64,000 nucleotides of DNA from Mobula hypostoma (lineage: Eukaryota), in contig NC_086097.1 of the NCBI RefSeq assembly GCF_963921235.1, positions 185,754,001 to 185,818,000 of the forward strand, given 5' to 3'. The position numbers were made by a program, and so were the translations under genes. This document shows positions 33,961 through 46,619 of the stretch, piece after piece. The notes beneath the pieces were generated by a model. That model had not been told where the DNA came from. It did not search any database and was given only the letters and a program-made list of their open reading frames with translations. Position 1 is the first letter of the stretch. Every line of letters begins with the position of its first letter.

Positions 33961-35770
33961 AGAATCATTGTCATTAGACTTAAGAAACTGCAAGGGGGAA
34001 AAGACCGTTACAGGCCTCCAAAAGCCAGGTTGTGCGCAATTAAAATACATCGGGCGATAAAAAAATGCAGGTCAAAAGGATGATGTTATGATAGTCATGG
34101 GGATATCAATATACGGTTAGAGTGGGAAAATCTAGTTGGTGTTGGATCCTGAGAGAGAATTTGTAGAATGCAGTTTGTGGTTGAGCCCATTAGGGGAAAG
34201 GCAATTCTGGATTGGGTGTTGTGCAATGAACAAGATTTGATTAGGGAGCTTAAGGTAAAGGAACCCTCAGGAGCAGTGATCATATTAAGATAGAATTCAC
34301 CCTGCAATATGAGAGGGAGAAATGAAAGTCAGATGTATCAGATTTACAGTGAAGTAGAAGGAATTACTGAGGCATGAGAGGGAAGCTGGCCAAAGTTGAC
34401 TGGAAGGGGATTAGCAGGGTTGACAGCAGAGCTGGAGTTTCTGGAAGCAATTTGGAAGGAGCAGGCTAGATACGTCCTAAAGAAGAGGTATTCTAAAGGC
34501 AGGATGACACAAACAGGGCTGACAAGGGAGTCAAAGACAGCATAAAAGCAAAAAAGAGAGTATATAATAAGCAGAAATTAGTGCGATGTTAGAGATCTGG
34601 GAAGCTTTTAAGAACCAACAGAAGGTAACTAAAAAAGCCATAAGAAGAGAAAAGGTGAAATATGAAGGTAAGCTAGGCAATAATATCAGAAATTTTTTCA
34701 GAAGTTTCTCTCATCCTCCATCCTCCAAGGAGAAAAGGCTGAGTTCACTCACTCTATACTCATAAGGCATGTTCCCCAATCCAGGCAACATCCTTGTAAA
34801 TCTCCTCTGCACCCTTTCTATGATTTCCACGGCCTTCCTGTAGTGAGGCGACCAGAAAAGAGCACAGTACTCCAAGAGGGGTCTGACCAGGGTCCTATAT
34901 AGCTGCAACATTACCTCTCGGCTCTTAAGCTCAATCCCACAATTGATGAAGACCAATGCACTGTATGCCTTCTTAACCACAGAGTCAACCTGCATAGCAG
35001 CTTTGAGTGTCCTATGGTCTCGGACCCCAAGATCCCGCTGATCCTCATCTACATCTTCTAGTCCTATGTCACCTCTTTTTAAGGATTTGGTTTCATTTTT
35101 TTTACCAACAGAGCCATGCCACGCCCTCTACCTCCCTCTCCTTTAAGCTCTTTCAAACATGACTCATTGATCCCCACAACATTACACTTACCAATCTTGA
35201 ACTGCGCTACAATCTACCTTATTTCCTATACCGTTTGCATTCAAGTATAACACCTTCAGTCCTGTATTAATCGCTTTTTTGATTTTGGCCCCCTGTACAT
35301 GGCAATTCATTCCACTGACTGCAATTTTGCTGTATCATCTGCCTGTCCTTCCTGACAGACTCACAACACACTGGCTCTGCTTGTATACAGACTGCTCCAC
35401 CCTCAGCCCTATCACTGTTTCCCATTCCCCTGCCAAGTTAGCTTAGACCATTAGACAATAAGATATAGGAGCAGAAGGTGGCCATTTGATCCATCGAGTC
35501 TGCTCTACCATTTCATTATGGCTGATCTAATTCTTCCTCTCTGCCGCAATCTTCTGCCTTCCACCCCCATTTCCCTTCATGCCCTCACTAATCAAGAATC
35601 CATCAATCTCTGCCTTAAATATACATAAAGTCTTGGCCTCCCCAGCTGCCTGTGGCAACAGATTCATCACTCTCTGGCTAAAGAAATTCCTCCTCATCTC
35701 GGTTCAGTAGGATGCCCCTCTACTCTAAGGCTGTGTCCTCTGATCTTAGACACTCGCACCACAGGAAACA
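33960..35770. mobile_element. Cluster of CR1 fragments (plus 33960-34700; minus 34705-35770)
   Basis: AILDWVLCNE endonuclease C-terminus on plus; LYRTLVRPLLEYC..WSPHY on minus. Confidence 0.75.
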
Positions 35771-38700
35771 TCTAGACACTAGAATACTATAGCACAGTAC
35801 AGGCCCTTCGGCCCTCGATGTTGTGCCGACCCGTATATTCCTTTAAAAAAAAGTACTAAACCCACACTACCCCATAACCCTCTATGTTTCTTTCATCCAT
35901 GTGCTTGTCCAAGAGGCTTTTAAACACCCCTTATGTTTTAGCCTCCACCCCCATCTCTGGCAAGTCATTCCAGGTACTCACAACCCTCTGTGTAAAAAAC
36001 TTACCCCTGATGTCTCCCCTAAACTTCCCTCCCTTAATTTTGTACATATGCCCTCTGGTGTTTGCTATTCATGCCCTGGGAAACAGGTACTGGCTATCCA
36101 CCCTATCTATGCCTCTCATGATCTTGTAGACATCTATCAAGTCCCCTCTCATCCTTCTACTGAGCTGAGCTGAGAAAAGTCCCAGCTCTGTTAACCTTGC
36201 CTCATAAGACTTGTTTTCCAATCCAGGCAACATCTTGGTAAATCTCCTCTGCACCCTCTCCATAGCTTCCACATCCTTCCTATAAAGAGGTGACCAGAAC
36301 TGAACACAATACTCTAAGTGTGGTCTCACCAGAGATTTGTAGAGTTGCAACATGACCTCTCTACTCTTGAACTCAATCCCCCTATTAATGAAGCCTAGCC
36401 CCATAGGCCTTCTTAACTATTCTATCAACCTGTGCATCAACCTGAGGGAAGTGTGGATTTGAACCCCAAGGTCCTTCTGTTCATCCACACTCTTAGGTAA
36501 CCAACCATTAACCCTGTACTCAGCCTTCTGGTTTGTCCTTCCAAAATGCATCACCTCACACTTATCCAGATTGAACGCCATCTGCCACTTTTCTGCCCAA
36601 CTCTGCATCCTGACTGTATCCTCTTGTAACCTTCAGCAACCTACAGCTCCATCCACAACTCCTCCGATCTTCGTGTCATCCATAAACTTACTCACCCACC
36701 CTTCCGCCTCTTCATCCAGGTCATTTATAAAAATCACAAAGAGCAGGGGTCCCAGGACAGATCCTTGCGGCACTCTACTAGTCACCGCCCTCCAGGCAGA
36801 ATACTTTCCTTCCACTACTACCCTCTTCTTTCTTCCTGTAGCCAATTTTTTATCCAAACAGCCAAGGTTCCACTGATCCCATGCCTCATGACTTTCTGGA
36901 TGAGTCTCTCATGGGGGACCTTGTCAAATGCCTTGCTAAAATCCATGTAGGTCACATCTACCAGCCTACCTTCATCAATTTCTTTTGTTACCTCTTCAAA
37001 AAACTCAATTAGGCTCGTGAGACACGACCTTCCCTTCACAAAGCCATGTTGACTATCCTTGAGTAGACCGTACTTCTCCAAATGCTCGTAGATCCTATCC
37101 TTAAGAATCCTTTCCAATAGTCTGCAGACCACCGACATAAGACTCACTGGTCTATAGTTCCCAGGATTCTCCCTATTACATTTTTTAAACAAGGGAACTA
37201 CATTTGCCATTCTCCAATCCTTCGGCACCTCCCCTGCAGCAAAAGAGGATTCAAAGATCATAGCTATTGCTCCAGCGATCTCTTCTCTCACTTCCCACAG
37301 CAACCTGGGGTATATCACATCCGGCCCTGGGGACTTATCAATCTTGATGTTTTTAAGAAGATCCAACACTTCTTCATCCTTAATCTCCACATTGTCCAGC
37401 ACACAGGCCTGTTCTATTTCGACCTCACCCTGATCAAGGTCCTTTTCACTTGTGAATACTAAAGCAAAGTATTCATTTAGGACCTCCCCAACCTCCTCCG
37501 TCTCCAGGCACATGTTGCCTTCTTTATCCTTTAGCAGCCCCACCTTCATTCTTGTCATCCTTCTGTTCTTCACATACGCATAGAACGCCTTGGGGTTCTC
37601 CTGAATCCTACATGTTAAGGCCTTCTCATGCCTTCTTTGAGCTCTCCTAAGTCCTTTCTTAAGCTCCTTCCTGGCTACCCTATATTTCTCATCAGCCCCC
37701 CCGTTTCCTGCTTCTTATATCTGACATAAGCTTCCTTCTTCCTCTTGACAAGTTGCCTCACGTGTTTCGTCAGCCACGGTTCTCTTTTCCTACCATTTTT
37801 TCCATGTCTCAGTGGGACAAACCTATCCTGAACCCAGCACAAGTGGTCCCCAAACTTCCTCCACATTACTTCTGTGCTTTCACCCTTGAACATCTGTTTC
37901 CAATTTACTCTTGCTAGTTCCTGCCTCATCCCTTCATAGTTAGCCCTTCCCCAGTTAAGCACTTTCCCATTTTGTCTGTTTTTATCCTTTTCCATAGCTA
38001 TGCTGAAGCTAAGGAAGTTGTGGTCACTCTCACCAAAATGCTCCCCCACGAAGAGGTCTGCCATCTGACCAGGTTCATTACCAAGAACTAGATCCAGTAT
38101 GGCCTCTCCTGTCATTGGCCGGTCCACATACTGTGTCAGGAATCCTTCTTGAACACACCTGACAAATTAAGCCCCTTCTATTCCCCTTATAGTCAGGAGG
38201 TGCCAGTCAATGTGAGGGAAGTTGAAATCACCCATAACTATAACCCTGTATTTCCTGCACCATTCTAAAATCTGCTTGCTTATCTGCTCCTCGGTGTCCC
38301 AAGGGCTAATTGGGGGCCTATAGACTACTCCCAGCACAGTGATTGATCCCTTCCTATTTCTGACTTCCACCCACACCAACTCAGTGGACACTCCCTCTGC
38401 AGCATCCTCCCTTTCTATAGCCGTGATACTATCCCTGACCAGTAATGCTACTCCCCACCTTTCCTACCTTCCATCCTATTCCTTTTCAAACGCCTAAATC
38501 CCGGTACCTGCGTCAGCCAATCCTGCCCTTCCTCCAGCCAAGTTTCAGTAACAGCCACGACATCGTAGTTCCACGTACTGATCCATGCTCTGAGTTCATC
38601 GCCTTTATTCCTAATACTCCTAGCGTTGAAATAGACACACTTCAACCCCTCTAACTGGCTATATTTATGTTTTGTCCCCTGCCTGTCCTTCCTCACCAAC

Positions 38701-39355
38701 TCAGAACATATAGCATCATGCCCTTGTCCTTCTACCCTAATCTCTGCACTCACATTCTGATTTCCACCCCCCTGCCAAACTAGTTTAAACCCTCCTGAAC
38801 AGCTCTAGCAAACCTGCCCGCCAGGATATTGGTCCCTTTCCAGTTCAGGTGCAGCCCGTCCTTTTTGTACAGGTCAGACCTTCCCCAGATGAGATCCCAA
38901 TGATCCAGAAATCTGAACCCCTGCTCCCTGCACCAACTCTTCAGCCACGCATTCATCTGCCATAACTTCCTGTTCCTACCCTCTGTCTCGTGGCACAGGC
39001 AGTAATCCCGAGATTACCACCCTTGAGGTCCTGCTTTTTAACTTCTTTCCTAACTCCCTATATTCCTTCTTCAGGACCTCATCCCTACTCCTATCTATGT
39101 CATTGCTCTCCACGTGGACCACAACATATGGCTGCTCACCCTCTCTCCTGAGAATAACGAGAACGTGATCCGAGATATCGCGGAACCTGGCACCAGGGAG
39201 GCAACAGACCATCCGGGATTCTTGATCTCTCCCACAGAACCTCTTATCTGTCCCCCTAACTATCGAATCCCCTATCACTACTGCTGTCCTCTTTTCCCTC
39301 CTTCCTTTCTGAGCTGAGGGTCCAGTCTCGGTGCCAGAGACGCAACCACTGCAAC
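35771..39355 (-). mobile_element. CR1 LINE, nearly complete ORF2 plus ORF1 esterase part, frameshifted
   Basis: GDSIVRG (38976-39380), [55 protein letters not shown]. Confidence 0.93.
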
Positions 39356-42300
39356 ATCCTCTCCACATCCACTCTATCAAGGTCCTTCACCATTCAATAG
39401 GTTTAAATTAGGTCATGGCTCACTCTTCTGAATTCCAGTGAATACAGGCACTGGGTCATCAAATGCACTTCATATGACAAGGTGTTTAATCCTGGAATCT
39501 TTTTCGTGAACCTCCTTTGAACCCTCTCCAATTTCAGCACCTCCTTTCTAAGATAAGGGGCCCAAAACCGCTTACAATACTCCAGGTGAGGCTCCAGCAG
39601 TGCTTCATAAAGTCTCAAAATTATATCCTTGCTTTTATATTCTAGTCCTCTTGAAATTAATGCTAACACCGCAATTGCCTTCCTCACCACAGACTCAACT
39701 TGCAAATAACCTTTAGGGAATCCTGCACAAGAACTCCCAAATCTCTTTGCACCTCAGATTTTTGTATTTTCTCTCCATTTAGAAAATAGCCAACCCTTTC
39801 ATTTCCTCTACCAAAGTGCATGATCATACATTTCCTGACACTGTATTCCATCTACCAATTGGCCCTTTCTCCAAATCTATCTAAGTCCTTCTGTAGCCTC
39901 TGTTTTCTCAAAACTACCTGCCCCTCCACTTACCTTCATGTCATCTGTAAATTTTACAACAAAACCATCAATTCCATCATCCAAATCATTGACGTAAAAC
40001 ATAAAAAGTATCGGTCCCAACACAGACCCCTGTGGAACACCACTAGTCACCTGTAGCCAACCAGAAAAGGCTCCCTTTATTCCCACTCTTTGCTGTCTGC
40101 CAATCAGCCACTGCTGTATTCCTGCTAGAATATTTCCTGTAAAATACCATTAGCTCGTACGTTGTTAAGCAGCCTCATGAGTGGCATCACCTCAAAGGCC
40201 TTCTGAAAATCCAACTACACAATATTCAGTGACTCTACTTTGTCTATTCTGCTTGCTGTTTCTTCAAAGAATTCCAACAGATTTGTCAGGCAAGATTTAC
40301 CCTTGGGGAAACCATACTGACTACGACCTATTTTATCATGTGCCTCCAAGTACCCCGAAACCACATCCTTTACAATCAACTCCAACAACTTCCCAACCAC
40401 TGAGTCTGACTAATTAGCCTATGATTTCCTTTCTTCTACCTCTCTCCCTTGAAGAATGGAGTGACATTTGCAATGTTCCAGTCTTCCGGAACCATTCCAG
40501 AGTCTAGTGATTCTTGAAAGATCCCTAATAATGCCTTCACAGTCTCTTCAGCCATCTCCTTCAGAACTCTGGGTTGTACAGCATCTGATCCAGGTGACTT
40601 ATCTACTTTCAGACCTTTCAGTTTCTGAAGAACTTTCTCTCTAGTAATGGTAACTTCACACACTTCATGACCCCTGACACCTGGAACTTCCACCATACTG
40701 CTAATGTCTTCCACAGAGAAGACTGATGCAAAATACTTACTCAGTTCATCCACCATTTCCTTGTTCTTCATTACTACCTCTCCAGCACTGTTGTCCAGTG
40801 GTCTGATATTCACTATCACCTCCCTTTTACACTTTATGTATCAGAAGAAACTTTTGGTATCTCTTTAAAATTATTGGCTAGCTTACTTCTATACTCCATC
40901 TTTACTTCTTGATGACTTTTTTAGTTGACTGCTGTCAGTGTTTAAAAGCTTCCCAATCCTCTAACTTTCCACTAACTTTTGCTCTATTATATGCCCTCTC
41001 TTTGGCTTTAACTTCCCTTGTTAGCCATGGTTATGTCATCTTACCTTTAGAATACTTCTTCCTGTATGGGACATATATAGCTTGTGCTTTCCAAATTGCT
41101 TCCAGAAATCCAGCTATTGCTGCCCTGCCATCATCCCTGCCAGTATTCTCTTCCAATCAGTTCTGGCCTATTCCTCTCTCATGCCTCTGTAATTCCATTT
41201 ACTCCACTATAATACTGATACATATGACTTTAACTTCTCCTTATCAAATTTCACGGTGAATTTGATAATATTATGATCACTTGCTCCTAAGGTTTCTTTT
41301 ACCTCAAACTCTCTCATTAATTCTGGTTCATTGCACACCACCCAATCCAGAATTTCTGATCCCCTAGTGGGCTCAACCATGAGCTACTCTAAAAAGCCAT
41401 CTTGTAGGCATTCTAGAAGTACCCCCTCTTGGAATCCTACACCAACCTGATTTTCTCAAGCTACCTGCATATTGAAATCCCCCTTGACTGTTGTAACATT
41501 GCCCTTTTGACATCCATTTTCTATCTCCCATTGTAACTTGTAGATCATATTCTTACTACTGTTTGAGGGTCTTTATACATCTCCCATCAGGGTCTTTCTA
41601 TCCATGCAGTTCCTTAGCCTAATCCTCAATGATTCAACACCTTACAACCCTATCTCATCTCTTTCTAATGACTTAATTTCATATTTTACCAATAGAGCCA
41701 CACCAACCCTTCTTCCTTCTTGCATACCCTTTCGATACAACATGTGTCCTGGGACATTAAGCTCCCAGCTATAATCTTCTCTCATCCATAATGGCTACAA
41801 CGTCATACTTGCCAATCTGTAACAGTACTACAAGTTCATTGACCTTATTCCATCCCGTGCACACATTCAAATATAACACCTTTAGCCCTATGTTCATCCT
41901 TTTTGATTTTGTCTGCCATTTACATTGCAACTCCTGTTGACTGCAATTTTGCCCTTTCATCAGCATCTCCTTGCTAGGAGTCTCACTACATATATCCTCT
42001 GTTTCTAAACCAACTACCTCATCTTCAGCACTATCAGGCCAGTTCCCATCCTCTGCTGAATTAGTTTAAACCCATCCGAACAACACTAGCCAACTTGCCC
42101 ACAAGGATATTGGACCTCCTTGGATTCAAGTGTAACCTGTCCATTTTGTACAGGTCATACCTTCCATGGAAGAGATCCCAATCATCCATAAATCTGAACC
42201 CCTGCTCCCTGCACCAGTTCCTCAGCCACTCATTCACCTGCCAAATTATCCTATTCTGACCCTCACTGGCATGTGGCACAGGCACATCCAGAGATTACTA

Positions 42301-42870
42301 CACTGGAGGTCCTGTTTCTCAGCTTTCTACCTAGCTCCCTAGAAGCTCTCTTCAGGACCTCCTCACCTTGTCTACCTATGTCATTGGTGCCAATATTGTA
42401 CTAAGACTTCTGCTCTCACAGAACATCTCCTCTTCTCCTCTAACTAAGGAATCTCCCATTAACATTGCAGTCCTCTTCACCTCTCTGCTCTTCTGAGCCA
42501 TAGCACCAGACTCAGCGCCAGAGACCCGGACACCATGGCTTCTCCCTGCTAGGCCATCCCTCTCAATAGTATCTAAAGTTATATACCTGTTATTGAGGGG
42601 AACAGCCACAGGTGTACTCTGCACTGGCTGTGTATTTCCCCTCCTTCTCCTGATAGTCACTCAGTTACGTGTCTCCTGCAAACTAGGGGTAACTACCTGC
42701 CTGTAGCTCCTATCTATCACCTCCACATTCTCCTATATGAGTCGAAGGTCATTGAGCTGCAGCTCCAGTTTGTTAATATGTTCTCTCAGGAGCTGCAGCT
42801 CAGTGCACCCGGTGCAGATGTTTTTATCTGGGAGTCTGGAGATCTCCCAGACCTCCCACTACCCACATAG
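39356..42870 (-). mobile_element. CR1 LINE (ORF1 and ORF2), degenerate, second subfamily
   Basis: [44 protein letters not shown]. Confidence 0.88.
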
Positions 42871-43400
42871 TTTAAAGCTTTCCTAACAGTTTTGGCAAAC
42901 CTGGTCACAGGATATTGGTGCCCTTTTGTGCAGGTCATACCTTCCCCAGAAGAGATCCCAATGATGCATAAATTTGAAACTCTGCCCCTTGTACCACTTT
43001 CTTAGCCACGCATTCATCTGCCAAATCATCTTATTATTACCCTCACTGGTGCATGGCACAGACAGAAATCCAAAGATTACTGCCCTGGAGGCCCTGTTTT
43101 TCAGCTTTCTACCTAGCTCTCTAAGTTCTCTCTTCTGGACCTCTCCTTTTTCCTACCTATGTCATTGGTGCCAGTATGTACCAAGACTTCTGGCTGCTCA
43201 CCCTCATCCTTTGGAGCCTTCCTTGACCCTTGCTCCTGGGGGGCAATCTATTATTCAGGTGTCTGTAACAGCCATAGAATCTCGTGTCTACTCCTTTAAC
43301 TATGGAATCCCCTATCACTACCACAAACCTCTTCTCTCCCCTTCCCTTCTGAACCGTAGCACCAGACTCAGAGCCAGAGATCCTGTGGCTTCTATCTCTT
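42871..43400 (-). mobile_element. CR1 ORF1 (SGNH esterase) fragment
   Basis: Homologous to 38780-39350 and 42061-42500. Confidence 0.75.
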
Positions 43401-43605
43401 CAGTTTCCCGCAGGATCCGGATATAATTGACGTGCTGCTCCGGTTCCATAACACCTTCTCTGTCCAGTAGTGATGCAACCAGTCAGGGCATTTTCCACAT
43501 ATAAATGTAGTATTTTGCTGGAGTTTTGATTGGATATCAGTTCTTCACAAACTCCCAATGAGATTTATCTGCCTATGTGCCTTCACTATAATTGCATCTT
43601 CCTGT

Positions 43606-44379
43606 AAGATAATGGCGCGGTCAATCGCAACGACTTCTACTGGTGTTATTGTCCCTTTTAAACATATGTTTTACAATCTCAAGACCCTGCTGAAAATTAA
43701 GAACTAAAAGTACTGCAGGTCCACCCGTCAGCAAGTTGATCATTGGCAGAGTAACTGAAGGAGCTGGACTTGATGCAGATTGTACAACTGTTTGCATCAG
43801 ATAGGCATTGGAGGAGTTGGTGCGCAAAGGCGGTTTGCAGATTAACTTCAATTGATTGTCTTAGTCACTTTCTTGTGATTGCAACATCCTTTTGGACATT
43901 GTGAATGTGGAATGCAGCAAGTCCAATTTATTGATTATTGGTGGATGGACGGGGGGGGAGGGGGGAGCTGCATGGCCTTGGTTGTAGCGAGGACTAGGCC
44001 TTAAGGCACGGTGTTGCCTCTCTACAGTGATGCACGGGAGAGGTGTTGTATTTGGTGCGTTGCATTAGACGTAGTGTGATGAGGCATCCAAGCTGGAGTC
44101 AGTGCTGCCTTCTTAAGTGTGCTCAGCAGAAAACAATCTGTATCACGTTCAACTGCAGATTGCTGCAACATTCATGGGACTTGGGAGTCTTGGAATATAT
44201 ATATTTTTGTGTGACTCTTATATGTGCTTACTGTCATATATGTGCTATATATCCTTTGTGCTATGTATAACATTGGTACTGTGTTTTTCACCTTGGTCCC
44301 AGAGTAATGCTGTTTTGTTTGGCTGTAGTCATGGGTATTCACGTATAGTTGAATGACAATTAAACTTGAATGAACTTGA
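43606..44379 (+). mobile_element. Non-coding retroposon with AAGATAATGGCG start and Rex1-like (ACTTGA) tail
   Basis: Ends tgacaattaaacttgaatgaacttga; no LINE ORF inside. Confidence 0.55.
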
Positions 44380-45423
44380 TAGGGAGACACCAATTCACAG
44401 GATTAGAAAAAGCTTTGGTGGATTGTAAACTCAGCATCTCCACCAAGCCTCCATCTAGGATCTCTTCAAACGCGATGCCTCAAGAAGGTGGCGTCCATCA
44501 TGAGTGACCCTCACTATACATGGCATGCCTCTTTTCATTACTACCATGGTACAGGAGCCTGAAGATGCACACTCACGTTTTAGGAACAGCTTCTTCCCTT
44601 CCACCATCTAAACAGTCCATGAATCCATGAACACTACCACACTATTTTGCTCTCTTTTTTGCATTTTTTTTCAAAGTACGTTTATGTCAGAGTCTGTATC
44701 CAATATACCACCTGAAATTCTTCCACTTCACAGACATCCATGTAACAAGAAACCCTATTGAACGATAGAAGCATTGAAAATCTGAAGCACCCCCACTCCC
44801 TTTGCACAAGCGGCAGCAAAAAGCATCAACCCCCACTCGCGCCAGAAGCACTGACCACCCCCCCCCACCTTTCAAGCAACAGCAGGAGCACAAAAGTGCC
44901 ATTGATCCAGAGTCCATCAAACTATAGTCCACAACCCCGCACTTGGGTAACTCAGACAGGCTCCCTCTCTCCATTGAGGGAGAGAGATACAACAACGAGA
45001 GCAGAGACCAGCAACTCGCTGTTCCGATGTTACAATCCTCTGCATCGTCTCTGCAGTCCCCATGTCAAGGATAGACAGGGTGTCCCTCTCCATCAAACAG
45101 AGAGAGAGAGTGAGAGGGATCACTTGAGTACTGGGGCCTTCCTCCGACAGCAGAAATCCTGATTCGGGTGTAATTCGGAGAAGGAAGTCTGAGAATCGGA
45201 GCGGGAGTGTGGAGGAAGCCATTTTTGAATTTTTCGTTTTTTTTTTCATCGGCGTTCAGAGAGGCGGGACTGCGCAAGGATGTGACGTCAGGCAGTGAAG
45301 CACGGAAGATTTAAAAGGAACAGAGCCTTATACGGCAGGCGGCATAGTTTGCGGGCTGCGGAGTGAGCCGGGAGCAGAGTGAAGGCTTAAGGGCTTCGGC
45401 TCAACGGGCTTAGACAGAAACAG

Positions 45424-46416
45424 GTGAGGCAAAGAGGGTTTGGTATTCATTTTTTGTTGTTATTTGAGGAGAGGAGAAGTACGTGTGTGAGGGCAGCTTG
45501 TTGTTCTCAGTGCCAGATGTGGGAGGTCCTGGAGTCTCCAGGCCTCCCGGACGTCCATGTCTGCGCCAGGTGCGGCGACATGCAGCTCCTAAGAGACCGC
45601 GTTAGGGAACTGGAGCTGCAGCTCGATGACCTTCGTCTGGTCAGGGCGAGTGAGGAGTTTATAGAGAGGAGCTATAGGCAGGTGGTCACATCGGGGCCAC
45701 GAGAGGCAGACAAGTGGGTCGCGGCTAGGAGGGGGAAGAGGAAGAGTCAGGTAACAGAGAGTACCCCAGTGGCTGTGCCCCTTGACAATAGGTACTCCCG
45801 TTTGAGTACTGTTGGGGGGGACAGCTTACCTGGGGAAAGCAACAGTGGCTGTGCCTCCAGCACAGAGTCCGGCCCTGTAGCTCAGAAGGGTAGGGAAAGG
45901 ACGAGGAGAGCAGTAGTAATAGGGGACTCGATAGTAAGGGGGTCAGACAGACGATTCTGTGGACGCAGTCCAGAGACCCGGAAGGTAGTTTGCCTCCCTG
46001 GTGCCAGGGTCCAGGATATTTCTGATCGCGTCCAAGATATCCTGAAGTGGGAGGGAGAGGAGCCAGAGGTCGTGGTACATATAGGTACCAATAACATAGG
46101 TAGCAAAAGGGGAGAGGTCCTGAAAGGAGAATATAGGGAGTTAGGAAGGGAGTTGAGAAAAAGGACCGCAAAGGTAGTAATCTCAGGATTGCTGCCTGTG
46201 CTATGCGACAGTGAGAGTAGGAATGCAATGAGGTGGAGGATAAATGTGTGGCTGAGGGATTGGAGCAGGAGGAAGGGATTCAGATTTTTGGATCATTGGG
46301 ACCTCTTTTGGCACAGGTGTGACCTGTACGAAAAGGACGGGTTACACTTGAATCCTTGGGGGACCAATATCCTGGTGGGGAGATTTGCGAGGGCTACTGA
46401 GGTGACTTTAAACTAG
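45424..46416 (+). pseudogene. CR1 ORF1p (Zn finger, leucine zipper, SGNH esterase); open frame but probable start codon reads ACG
   Basis: CSQCQMWE..CARC, LRDRVRELELQLDDL, GDSIVRG, PGA, VHIGTNN, DGLHLN; acg at 45481. Confidence 0.85.
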
Positions 46417-46619
46417 AATAGTTGGGGGGTGGGAATCGAATTAAAGAGACTAGGAGAGAGGAGGTTAGTTCACAAATAGAGAAAGCTAGTAGACAGTGTG
46501 TGAGGGAGGATAGGCAGGGGACAGAGATCAAGAGCACTCAGACCAAAGATGTAGGGGACAAGGAAGAAAACGATAACAAAGTTGTTTGCTCCATTAAGGA
46601 TAAAAAGAGAGTAAGAGGT

